This document shows positions 22,315 through 34,862 of a DNA stretch of 64,000 nucleotides, in pieces (within the stretch, counting starts at the first letter, position 1; each line of letters begins with the position of its first letter). The stretch covers positions 9,920,001-9,984,000 of the forward strand of contig OU015567.1 of NCBI GenBank assembly GCA_907165135.1, read 5' to 3'. Source of the DNA: Oikopleura dioica. Taxonomy: Eukaryota > Animalia > Chordata. The position numbers were made by a program, and so were the translations under genes. The notes under the pieces are model-generated. The model worked only from the letters and a program-made list of their open reading frames with translations, was not told where the DNA came from and made no database searches.

Positions 22315-24938
22315 AACTAAAAGCTTTCTACATGATATCATATGTGTTGGAATTATAAATGTTTTATTCAAAATAAAAGAACGAATCGAGCTCGATTTCG
22401 TCCAACAAAATGCCGAAAGACAAATGCACGTGACTAGCAACCCATTTTTTGCGTTTCATGACGATGTATTCCCAGCATTTTCTAAAAATTCAGTTTCACA
22501 GCCGCGATTTTTCGAAACGGCAAAATCGATCTTCCCGCCTTACCCAAAAACAATAATTCCAAATAATCCCTTTTCTTCGCTACAAGAGTTTAAGCATATT
22601 TCGACTTTTGCTTTCAAATTCGACAGCGAACAAAGCTTTGAGTTCGAAATACGCCTGCAGGTAAGAAGAATTTATCAACGAATTCTTTCAAAATTTTGAT
22701 AAGGATGCAAGAGCAATGAAAATTTTCGAGTTCAACTTTTTCGATGGAAGTTCGTTTTTCAGCCTTGGAACTTTTGCAAATGGCTCGATTTGGATTGATT
22801 CTGATTATTTTAATAAAAGATCCGTTTCGGATTCGTATGCGAAAGACTTCAGAAAGTTTGATTTGAAGCTGAATTTAAATCGTTCTCATCAGACAACGTC
22901 AATCGAATTCATAGAGGAACAGTTTTCATCTTCATAAATTATGAATCATAATGTTATGCTTTTTGAATACGCGGAATATATAATAAACTGATAAGAAACC
23001 TGAGAACATAACTGTTGCGAAAAATTCTACAAAAGTACAGTTGCTTGGATTTAAAAATCAAAGTTACAAAAGAATACGACTTTTCAAGTTTGACAGAGTC
23101 GCTCAAATCAAAAACTTTATTCTTTCTTCAAAAACAGATTCGTCTCAGATCACTGTTTTAACTGGAAGACAATATTCATCGGACTGGAGTTCATGGATAA
23201 ATTTTTACGCATTACAAAATGATGGCTCGATCAACACCAATTTGTTGTTTCAACATTCGACTGACGATATCAATATCTCGAGATATCTATATGCAACGAG
23301 ACACGCGATTGTTTTTAACCAGCTTCATATTTTCGGAGGATATCATGATCCTCAACGAGTATGAAAACAAGTGTTTTATTAGTATTATTTTTATTTCCGA
23401 TAGATATCAAGACTAAATGGGTGCAAATTGATTGATCTTTCAATCAAGCTTATTGACGAGTTTCCTTATGCACATGCAGCTTTAACTCTTCAGGGAGGAA
23501 GTAAAGGTAGAATCACAATAGAGTAACCTATAAACAGGGGTCTAAATTTGGCTGATATTTAGACCCCTGCTCTAAATATACGTACAATTTCTAGTGATCA
23601 TTTGTTTCGATCATTATTCGTCGATTTTTATCATCATTTGCTCGACAGAAACTGCAACGAGTTCAATGGTTTGGTTGTTAGACGGATTAAGAGAACTAGT
23701 ATTAAACATCACTACGGCGAGCTTGGTCTGTACAACGGTATGCCAACCGCTGTAGGCGGAATGGATGTTGAAGGAGCGACAGAGACATTGACTGAAGCTG
23801 GTTGGATCTCAATTACTTCGACGCGCTTTTTTAAGGTTGGGCAAGTTATTTCACCCACTTCTTGATTTTAAACCCTGGAACACCATACATATTTGGAATC
23901 AGCAGGAAATTTTAAGAACTTTGACCGTTTTAGTTTCCGAAATTTCCACTTCCGGTCCGATTCTAGAGCCGGAAGTTGACGAAATTTTGAGTTTGGCCAA
24001 CTTGTGACCTATCAAATTGATGCTCAGAAAATTTTGAGTAAACTCATCTTAAAATCATCCAAAAAACCGTCCCAACCGCAGTCAAACCGACCGGCAAAAC
24101 TAGGAAAAAGGCACAAATTTCTGATTTTTCTTTCAGTTTTTAGCGGTTGATTTGACCGCGGTCGGCATTGATTCTTCTCTCAGATGATAGGAAATTTTCT
24201 GAGAATCAATTTGATAGGTCACAAGTTGGCCAAACTCAAAATTTCGTCAACTTCCGGCTCTAGAATCGGACCGGAAGTGGAAATTTTGGAAACTAAAACG
24301 GTCAAAGTTCTTAAAATTTCCTACTGATTCCAAATATGTATGGTGTTCCAGGGTCTAAAATAAAGAAGTGGGTGAAATAACTTGCCCAACCTTAAAAAAA
24401 GCGCGTCTTCGCATCCAAGGTAGCTCGTAAATATTTCAAATTTTTAGATAAAATCAAAATTCTAGAGCCATAAGAAGATTTTCTATCGTTGGGCTTTCAT
24501 CAGGAGCTTTGTTGACTATCGGGGGATACGATCAGACATATGCTAGTGTGAAAGAACTGGATGAGATTTGGCGACTTTCGAACAACAAGTGGTCATTGAT
24601 CGGATTTCTTAAGAATGTTGACTTCTGTTTAAAAGAAGTTTGCAAGTAAAACCGTTTTTCAGGCCCTTGAACTGACCTCAGCAGTTATGATAGATGATAT
24701 TATCTTCGTTTTTCCTGGGTTTTCGATTGAAGGGATATCTCCAATTCAACGCATAAATTTAGGGCCGGTCTTCAAAATTCAAATAACAGTGCAATGTGCA
24801 CAGTTTTCTCTATGTTTTTGAAAACATGAATGAGATGTCGACGATAATGTTGTCTCGACTGATGTTGTTACTGATCAAAGTATTGAAGTATTTAGTCCAA
24901 TTTCTTTCGTCACCCCTGTTAATTTCTGTACTCAATAA
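22307..24938 (+). CDS. Kelch-like beta-propeller gene interrupted by a foldback insertion (possible pseudogene)
   Basis: Kelch-type blades: FNQLHIFGG, GELGLYNGMPTAVGG..GWISITS^HPR|AIRRFSIVGLSSGALLTIGG..IWRLSNNKWSLIG; ends ..PVNFCTQ*. Confidence 0.6.
23535..23569. repeat. Perfect 13 bp-stem hairpin (intronic)
   Basis: CAGGGGTCTAAAT-ttggctgat-ATTTAGACCCCTG. Confidence 0.8.
23821..24406. mobile_element. 586 bp foldback/long-TIR element with 5 bp TSD (CTTCG)
   Basis: ~210 bp near-perfect inverted arms starting ACGCGCTTTT and ending AAAAGCGCGT. CTTCG at 23816-23820 and 24407-24411. Confidence 0.92.
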
Positions 24939-27900
24939 AAACATCTACATGATATTGAATTTTTCTTGTAGTTTCAGCAAGTATCTTACTCTTTGAGAAC
25001 ATAAATTATTTTCAATCCGCTTTCAAGAAGACCTCAAAATTGGACTTATTCTTGACTTGTTATAAACGTCAAGTTACTGTCTTTATAAAACAGGCACCAG
25101 GTGGCCAGTGAAAGCGAATAACCCTTAATTTAATCTGGCAAATCTTTGCTAGATTCAGGGCGAAGTAAAAATATTCCTAAATGTCAAGTGCCCGGGCACA
25201 ATGCCCGCCCTGAGCTTTTAAACCTTGAAGGCGTTTTTTTTTCTAAGTATGCGATTAATCTTAACTCGTGAAATTCGGTCTGTGACACTTTTAGAGTCCA
25301 TTTTTTGTTCAATCAAGTGCAGAAGCAATTTTTGATGGGCGGATGGAAGCTGCCAGAGAACACTTCCTGAACCAAATTTGATTTTCTTACGATTAAAATG
25401 AAATCGGAAGAAAATGATCTTTCTCGATTTCATAAGAGAGAGACAAAGTAAGAAAATGCAGTAAGAAATCAAGGAGGACCAGTGCAAACATAAAGGACCT
25501 TTTCAAGAAATTCAGAATTTAACAGACTCGAGATAAAGCAAACTCGTAGAGGTCTTTTATTGGCGATAGGCTTCCAGATAAACTTTCAAGGTCTGCATAA
25601 AAATGACACGATATTTTCAGAAGAGCAAACTCGCCGCTTTTTATTGAAATTTTGAGAACTCCAACTTTTTAGAGGGTCGTAGAATTTCAAAATGCTTGCT
25701 TCTATTCTACAGATTCATGGTTCTGAGTGATTTACTGCTGCCCGAGAGAAATGTATGTTTACATTCGCCGCTCATAAAGCATAAATGCCCGCTAAATGTA
25801 ACTTGGACCCAATTTTCTGAGCCCTCGACTATTTTTTCAGCAGAGAAAATTGGCTAATCTTCAAGATAGTTCACGTCTTACCGTTTTTTTTATTAATCGA
25901 TTAGGGTTTGAAAAGAGCGGTAAAACCGGATAAGCCAGCAGAGCAAAAAAACCACCTCTTCAGCAGAAATAGCAAAAATTATTCAAGAGAGACATTGCAT
26001 AATTTCCTCCTATGTACTTTGGCTGTGAAAATTTACCAGGTGAAACGTCTCCAAATCATGCCACTTCACATCCGCTTATTCGCGTCTTTGTATATTTATC
26101 ACTTCTAGCCGATCACGAGTACCGAAATTTTAAAGCCCAAATTAGAGATAGAAAACGATGTGGAATAGAGACGTTTGATCTTTAGAAGATTATCCGGCTC
26201 GTTAGAGCATTCTCACGGCGATATTTTTTGGTACGTCAACGAGTCAAAGAGATAAGTAGCTGATTTGAACTTTATTTGTTAGATGAGAGAAAGAAGGTGA
26301 TTTATTATTGACACTTGTTATAGCATTACTGAAACATACAGTCAGTAACTTGGGAGTGTTCTTTCAGAAGAATTTTTCCCATTACAGTGCTTTAGAAGCT
26401 TTTAAACTTGGCGTTAAACTATATCGAACCCATAATACCAATTTACGTCCATTTTAATAAACCATAAACACCCTTGACGGCGCCAAAAACAATCATTCAT
26501 TGAAAGCGCTATTGAAAGTTTGTGACCCGATACAAAAATATGCATTTCTGTCAATTCCCCTTTTCTGAAAATATTCGTTAAATTTGTGAAAAGGCCTTTA
26601 TTGTCTAACAACTTGTTCTATTCAGAGATCCTTACTATAGTCGATTATAAGGAGGTGAAAGTGGTGCTCGGCCACGCTCGAGAGAGAATAACGAAGGAAC
26701 ACCTAAAAGCTGCGAGAAAATTAAGAGAATAAGGCGATTATCGGAAGATGGCAACGAGGGTTCAATACCCAAGCGTTGGAAGGTATTCAATCGTAATTTT
26801 CCAAGGGTTAGGTTAACCTTGCGATTTTAGGCTCGTGAGACAAAGATCAGAAGGTGGTTTTGACCGTCGATGGTCAAGCAGAAACAAGGCCAGTTTTTAT
26901 AGTTAGTGTAATCGTTGTTTTTCTAATGCCTCACTCTGAATACTCGATATTCATTCAACATAAAGATAATGTTCTAAAATGGAAAAAACGCTCTCCAGGT
27001 TGTAAATCGAGGTTCGGCAAGTTGTTTGAAGTTCCGGCCTCTTGGGCTGTCAAAATTGTAGTGATCTATAACTGCAAAAGGGCACTGTCGACGTAAACTT
27101 TGAAGATCTTTCTCAACACTTTTAAACGATATATATTTTGACGCGGCAGCGTGTTATTAGACGCACAAAAACATGATAATTATTATTTGAAAAACTGCAT
27201 GAAGATTTCCGAATTTCCCAGAGGCCGAATTCGATCCGAAGATGACGACGTTTTTGTTGGTAAGTTCCTGACCTTTAGCCTCCATTCTCAGCGCTAAATC
27301 GGGCATTAACTCCCCCTGGAGGTCAGGGTCAAATCGGGCGGGGCTAAGCTCCGAGCCTCACGGACCAGGTGGCGAGTAGAGCCTTCCTGGTTTTCCGGGG
27401 GTTAACAAACCATAATTGCCTTTTTCATAGCCACTTGCGCCGTAAAATTTCTCATAAATCGGACAAAAGCTGCCCGCTTGCTGATCCAACGCCATATATT
27501 TTCATCTTTTTTCCCACTTGAGAACATAAATAACCATAAAAACAGCTACAATATAGAGATAAAAATCTAAGAAGACCGGAAAACATGACTAGAGTACTCA
27601 GACCGAAAACTATTTCTTTCAAATTAACAGGTGACAAATACATCCCAGGGAAAGGGAGAGAGAGAGAGAGAGACATTCAATTAAACAATCAAAGATAGAA
27701 AATATAGTGGGAGGGAAATGTAATAAGATCAAAGCGCTTATCAGGCCTGTTTTTCTTTCATCCTCTCAGAAGACATAGAAAACTTATTTTTAACAGAGAA
27801 ACAGAGAGATAAAAGCTTCTCCAATGCCAGAGAGACAGAGAAAATTGCCATTTTGGTTCTCCAAATTATAGTTTAAAATAAATCCAGTAACTTATCTATT

Positions 27901-30900
27901 TGGAACGTCACGCCAGAGTTAATCTGCTGAATGGAATCTTTTCACTTCCATTCAAGCCTGCCGTTTTAATAAAAGAATTACGTGCGTATCACTAAATACG
28001 GACGAAATCTTTACGAAATTTTGATACCCAGCCAAAATCAAGGCTTGGCAACCTTATTTATCGGAAACTCATGATTGGGTTGAAATTTTATTACTTTATT
28101 TTGGAGAACCAAATCAGTCAAAGTATAAAATCTTCAATGTCATAAATAATGAAATGAATGGTGATAGAGTGGTTCCTAGAAGGAAACGTAATTTTGAGGC
28201 CAACTTGAAAATGTTTGAAAATTTAAATCGCCAAAAAGGTAATCAAATTATGAAATTAAGTAAGAAAAAAAATTCTATCGCTTCTGATAGTCGCAAAAAT
28301 GGTCATAAATTTGAAAAATTAATTTTTATTATTGAGAACTTCTTCTTATTATAAAACAGTTTACTGAGTAAGGTTGTATTTCATGAACAAGTAAAGATAG
28401 TCTATTTTTACGATTGTTGATGTATTCGCGATCTGCCCCGATGCAATTATCTAATCGGCCTCAATGCTAATTGAAGTGGGTGACTTTATGTTTTATGGGA
28501 ATGCATTAGGTGTCTTCTTTTCCTTCCGCGCTTCGCACAAACATCAAAGAAATATCGTTACGTTGAGTTGTCGTTAAACTTTTCGCGTTTAATGAATCCT
28601 CCGTTACAGACCTTCTCAGACTCAAAACGGCCTAAAATCAAGGGCAATCTGCTCAAACGCAGCCTTTTCTTTATATTTTTCGTAAAACAATCAGACACCT
28701 GATACGACGGACAATTTCAGTCAAACCTCGAGAAAAGAAATTTGAGCGTTACGTCTTCATTTAAAAAAGAAATCGAGGACGTTTTTTAAGAAAAGAGAAC
28801 TGAGAAAAAATATGATAAAAAGCTTGGCAAGAAGAAGGTTGAGCGTTCCGGTTGTTTCTATCGCGGAAGAACCGGGGATCGGAAAGAGAGATTCTTATTT
28901 GAGACGGGGGTCTATTCCGAATCCAGAGCCAATTCCAGAACGTAAGTTTCAAACTCGATAAATATCATAAATACCCCTATGATATCATAGTCCCTGAGTT
29001 AGGCTTAGAGTTAGCCATAGCCCGACCGATGGTCCCCTCAAAAAAGACTCCCCAGAAAAGAATTGACTTTAGCGTTAACGGTTTGTGAACTGTTACTGGA
29101 GCAGTAACTGTGTGGTCGCGTGAAAATTAACCTGAGAGAAAGAATAACGTATAAATTTAAGGGTCATATAAATGTCTCTATTTCTATATTTGCCATTCTG
29201 AGTTCTTCTTTTTGTTTTCTGACATATTTTCGCACATAAAAGGCGATTAAAAGGCTTAGTGACTTCCGCCATAAATTCGTTGTTGATTCCTTCAACTTTG
29301 GAAACGTTCAAAAGTTCTGGAGGAAGATTTGATGTTCTGATTTTTTACGAATGGTGACGTAAGGGTGGTCCTGCGGCGTGTTCGTTTACTGAGTTAAATA
29401 TTAAAAATGATGGACGCAAAAGCATTTACCCGCTGCAGCGCAATCCGCACTGAATTGCGGATGTTTGATCGATCACCGACCATCCCAAAATTCTGATTTT
29501 TCTTTTCATAATTCAAGAGAGAGAAACATAAGAAGAAAATATTGCTAGAAACTGTTCGTTGATGAAAATATGACGGCTTTGGGGGTGAAACGAGCTTCGT
29601 TTAGACTCAATAAGCCGGATAGTAAGTTATTTCTTTTGTTGAAACTCTTTCTTTTCTTGAGCTGGAATTCGTGAGTCTTTCAAGGAATTTTCATTGTGCT
29701 CTGCTTTTTTGACGTAAACGCGGTAGATATTTATTATTTATAAAAATATGGTCGCGAATTCCGTATTTTATTGACACCCTTAAGAAAATCGCTAAATAAA
29801 GCCGCTCCCTGATTGAGGAATTCGTTCTCCACTTGCACAATACTTAAAAACTTGCCAAATTGGAATCGTGAATAGTTGAATGTCAAATAGCACAAGTTAG
29901 TTTGCTCAAATAGAATTTATTCTCATCCATGGATGATTCGCGGATTCGTGACTTCAAACAAGGTCAACGAACACTTTCCTCGCCTCGTGCGTAAATTCGT
30001 CTGTCAAAAAACTTGTCACACTATTTTTTACATTGTCAATATTGTTTTTCATATTTCAAAATATCCATCTGACTTCGTTCAGTCTGAAAATCTGATTTTC
30101 CTCCTTGATTTCGAAAAAAATCTTAGATGACAGATTTTGAGGCTGATTCAAAATTTTGCTTCTGGGAAAATGTTACAAGTTTTATCGCTGCATGGTCTCA
30201 AGAAACGCATTAACTCGACAAACAGATAGCGCTTTTTCGGATTCGCCCAGCTTGCTCAGCAGTTTCTACACAGCTTAATGGGCTGCTCTATGAAAAAGGC
30301 CAAATGAGTTTCGATTTTTGACTCTTCTGTCCCTTAAAATACTGAAGATACCCTTAATTTTCTATTTGAACTTGAAGCTCTGGAATTTATCTTTCAAATG
30401 AAGCGAATTTCCTTTGAATTTGAACATTTTTAAGGGTGTGAGGAGCCTATGATTTTGAAAACGTCGAAATGTGGACTAGGGACTCTCGTGGGTTAAAATT
30501 TTTAAGTAGCCAGACGTTGTTTTTGAGCATTTCCGCAGATAGCGTATTTATCAAACACAACTGTATTGGCGACGGTGCTACCGGGAGACAGTAATTGCGT
30601 CTGTATCAGCGAATTAGTGACGCCCGTAAAATAAAGTCCCCCCAGAATCGAAAGAGGCGAGTTTCCCACATTCGGGAAAAAATCGCGATTCTTTCAAAGA
30701 ACCACGCGGATCTTATCGATCTCCGTTCTGTTAAATTAAATACAGTCAAATACAGTTGTATTTGGCGGGAAAAGAATCTAACTGACGTTGCATAAAAATT
30801 CTCTTACAATCTGAAGGAGTTAAAATGTTCCTAGATAACCCGATTATCGCCAAATATTCTCATTGCCCAAAAGAGCAAATTTCAAAAGTACAAGTTAAAG

Positions 30901-31619
30901 TGGTTGGTGGAGAGCTTGCGCGTCACAGATTCCGCAAATTCTTACCGTAAAGACTTATTGACATTTTTGGGGGCGACATTAGGACCTACAGATTCTGTCG
31001 TACAGAAGTATCTGTTCTTAAGGAAAAGAACGGAAACGAACCAAACTGAATATTCGAAAAATTCAAAAGCTTCAAGTTCAAAATTCTCACGAACGTCAAA
31101 TCTGTCCTCAAATGACTCAGGAGGCGTTCTATCAGAAATATCTTCCGTGTTGCATAAATCCCCCCGTCTCAGGAGGATCACGCCAGGGCGGTGCTTTACC
31201 ACTTGCACAACACATCCCTTTCTAACTGCTAAAATTTCCTGTTTTGGAGAAGTGGGATTTCTTCAGAGAAAGAAAAGTAATCACTGACTGTTATTTTAAA
31301 TTCGTAACAGGAAGTTTGTTTTGCAAACAGAAGGAAAAAGGTTAGATGAGGTTCTTAGGCACTTACTTTAGTGACTGAAGTTCAGTCAAACTGTAAAGTC
31401 GCAGTTACGAAAGAAAAATTGACTAACAAAGCCGCTCGCGGCTTTCGCATATCAAAAAAAGGAGAAAAAGCCGCGCGCGGCTCTTATCATATTTTTCGAC
31501 TACAGGTAAAGCCACTAGTGGCTTCCAAGAAGAAATAACTTAAAGGAAAGCCAACATAATTTTGCGAAAAGCGAAGTGAATAATTTGCTCTTGGTAAAAA
31601 TTCAGGAGGTGGCAAATTC

Positions 31620-31850
31620 ACTGGGTGGTCGAGTAGTAACAGTGCTGAGTGTGAGAGTGGCCCTGCCTTGGGTGGGGGCTCAGCTGCTCGCTGCGTTCTG
31701 AGCGATTACTACGGCGCGGTGGTGGTGGAGCAGGGCGCTGGGCGGCGATTGGCGGAGGAGCGCGCGCAGCGCCGCCGATTGGCTGGCCGCAGCGGCCCAC
31801 GCGATTGGCCGAGCGCTGGCGACCACCGCGCCGCCGCCAGATTCAGTCGG
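31620..31850. promoter_or_regulatory. GC-rich island with three CCAAT boxes; probable promoter (likely of the MPRIP-like gene)
   Basis: Lines 31681 and 31741 are 67% and 80% GC by count against an AT-rich background. GATTGGC at 31747, 31777 and 31803. Confidence 0.55.
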
Positions 31851-34800
31851 CCTTACTTTCTCTTTCTCCTCTGAACATTTTCAACCAAAACAAAAAATAG
31901 CTCTTTTTTGAAAAAGAAGGGCGACCCGCGTTTTTTTGGAGAAAAAGTACTTAGAGAGAACACGAAGAAGAAATATTTACCGATTTGAAGCGAAACAATT
32001 TAGAGAAAGAAAAATGCGAATTTAGAAAAAAAAAAGAAGGAAAAAATATTTTCGGTAGGAAATTCAGTTTTTTTATTCAGCGTCAAAAGAGGTTGTCCCG
32101 AGAATTTTTCTTCGATAGAAAAAGAGATTTCTTGATTCAAAAGCCAGTCGGGATAGAAAAAGGCCTAATCTCTTTCTCAGCTGGTTGTCGAACAATTTTA
32201 CTTGTTGAAATCGGATCGATTTTTGCGTTATTTCGCGACGCGGACTTCTTTTATCATTATTAAACGGATTTCGCGTTTTATCGTGTTTTCTCCGTCGCTT
32301 ATCCGGTATTTACAGTAATTCCTATGCTTCTTATTTTTAAACTGTAAGAGAGGAATTTTCTTTTGAAGCAAAAGCCGCGAAATACTGCAGTTTTTAGGGG
32401 AAAATATTGAAAGCCGCAAGCGGCTTTTGCAAATTCACAGCTTACTCTAGTGGACTCTACTGACAATCAACAGATTTATCGATGCTTTCTATGGGGAATG
32501 GCTTTATTGATGTAAAAATATTACTGTAATAACGTCTCGTGGAATTTATTCATTCGAGGATTACAGTAGCGTGAGTTGACAAAATTTTAGCCGGTTCACA
32601 TTTGTCCAGTAGTTTTTACGCCTTCCTTTCTGCTGAGCACATACTTTTTTGAGTCTGCAGCTTGGGAAAGCAGGCGCCTGTATTAAATTTGTCGCAGTTT
32701 CCGGACGCTGAAAGTATTAAAAAACTGCTCAATAAAGCGCGAGAAAGAAATTGAGAAAGCTCCTGTTGATCCCAGTTGACGTGGAGCGTGACGTGAAAAA
32801 GCGCGAAATCAGTGATCTTGACTCGCGAAAAGTAGACCCGCAAAGTCTGGGAAGAGAATCGAGAAATCGAGCGCTAGAATTTTCGTCAGAGATTTACGCG
32901 AAAGAGAATCTGGGGAGAATTGTGAGTACTTTTGAGAATCAAGTTTATTTCATACAGAAGACATTCATTACAAGAACACCTTGAAAACGAAGCTTTTCCA
33001 TGTAGGATATTTAAAAACCATCGATTCCTACCGAGACGCCAGTCTGAGTCGGATTTCAATAACATTACGATTATTTCCTCCCGTCTTCTTGTTCTTCTTT
33101 TTCGAGTCTCTAGAACGGAGAATCCAAACCTCGTTTCATTACAAACTTGACAAATCCGCCTTTCATTAGCATCGTAATATTCGGATCGTGTATCATGGCC
33201 GCTCTCTCAGGTGACGGGTTTATATCAAAAATACAACTGCGTTGACATGATTTCGATGGCCTGTTGAATATCCGCCAGAAAAACGCTCAAGCTTTTAGGT
33301 TTTTCGTTTATTTTATTTATTAGTGTCTTGGCCATTAGGGAAGAGCGTTTTTGGACTGAACAAAGAAAAATTTAAAGAGATTTTATTTTAAAAAGCTATT
33401 TTTAAAGCATTTTTTTCGAGATGATAAAAATAATTCTGCGTCAAACCGTAAGCCGCAAAGCTACCCAGCTTATACTATTTTATATTCTTGAATAGGCAGA
33501 TCGCTCAATAACTATTTTCTTTTTTCTTCCTTTCAAAGAGTCAAAAACTCTGATCCGATTTTGTCCACCACGGGGGTAGCCAAATGCCTTTTTCGTTTTC
33601 CTCGGTCAAACTCACTACTCGCCAACGCGACAGAAAAAGAGATCATTCAGCCCTAATTGTCGCCAAATTGAAGTTTCCCCCTTCCTTTTTTTCTTCACGC
33701 CGAGGCTTTTTTTCTACATTCCGAGACTTTATTTTTATGACAGCTCATTATTCAGACATTGTTTTCGAATAATTTTCAGCGACATTTCTAATGTCGAAAA
33801 GAGGAATTATAATTGGAGAAAAAATTAACCGTTCTTGCAAAAGAAACCTAAGCTCGGGAACCTGAGTAGAAAACCTGAGTCAGGGCCGGAAACCCGCTTC
33901 GCCAGAATTTAAAAATAGATTGGAATGTAAAATTTGCGAATCCGCTTCGCGGCTTCGGGGACTTTTAAAGATTCTATATTTTGAATATGATATTCAAAAC
34001 TGTCTGTAGTTTTCATTTTATTTAGCTTGTTTATCATGTTATTTAGCGCTGAAAAAGACGTTCAGCGTAACTTGCCTTTCTGTTTCTGCATTTTTTCTTT
34101 GCACTTTGCGTCAACTGGGCAAATAACTTTGTACAGCAGAAAGCAAAATACGGCGCCACGACAAATTGAAGGGGTGAAGCGCGAGAGATAACTCTAATCC
34201 TCTGACGTGATTCCGGACAAAGGCTGCTCGGATTTCGCCAAAGCTCACGCCCCCGGGCTCTTTTCAATAATTCCTTTTAACTTTCTCGTGGAAGAGAAAA
34301 TACAGAATAGGAGATTTGACTTTCAAAATAATTCGTGGCCAATAAAGCTAAAGAAAAGGTTGATTGATCTGTTATATCTTTCTTTCCACTTTTCGCGCTA
34401 TTTGGCGCCTAAAAGCGGGCTCTTATCCGTACTTATAGAGATGTTCAAGTGTTTACATTGAATACTCATCCAAGAGGAGACCTGATATATTATCGTCTGA
34501 GCGACCTGGCGTATTCGGGCCAAACAGAAAAATACTCTTAATTTCGCGTTGCCCGTTTTTCTTTCTAAAATCGTTGACCTTTGTAAACATCCATCTTGGC
34601 CTCATCCTTAATTTGCCATTTCAGCCCCTGGTTTATTTTTACTAAAATTGAAATTTCAAATTTGTGATTCGAATGAGTAACTCTCTCCAAACACTTTCCC
34701 CGCGCGAATTTACATTGATCTTGACGGGGTAATCTTTGTCGAGCACTTTTGTCAATAAAGAGCGATTTTGTTGTTCCAGGTTGAATTTTGGGATTAATTT

Positions 34801-34862
34801 TGTGAAGTGTGCGCCAAACACGCACACCGCGTTATATATTATAATGTTTGATTTCAGATGAC

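Noticed and set aside
25000-31300. Scattered short ORFs and a 14 bp inverted repeat at ~27852/28113
   Set aside because: No coherent spliced gene or domain could be assembled; the inverted repeat is too short and has no TSD.
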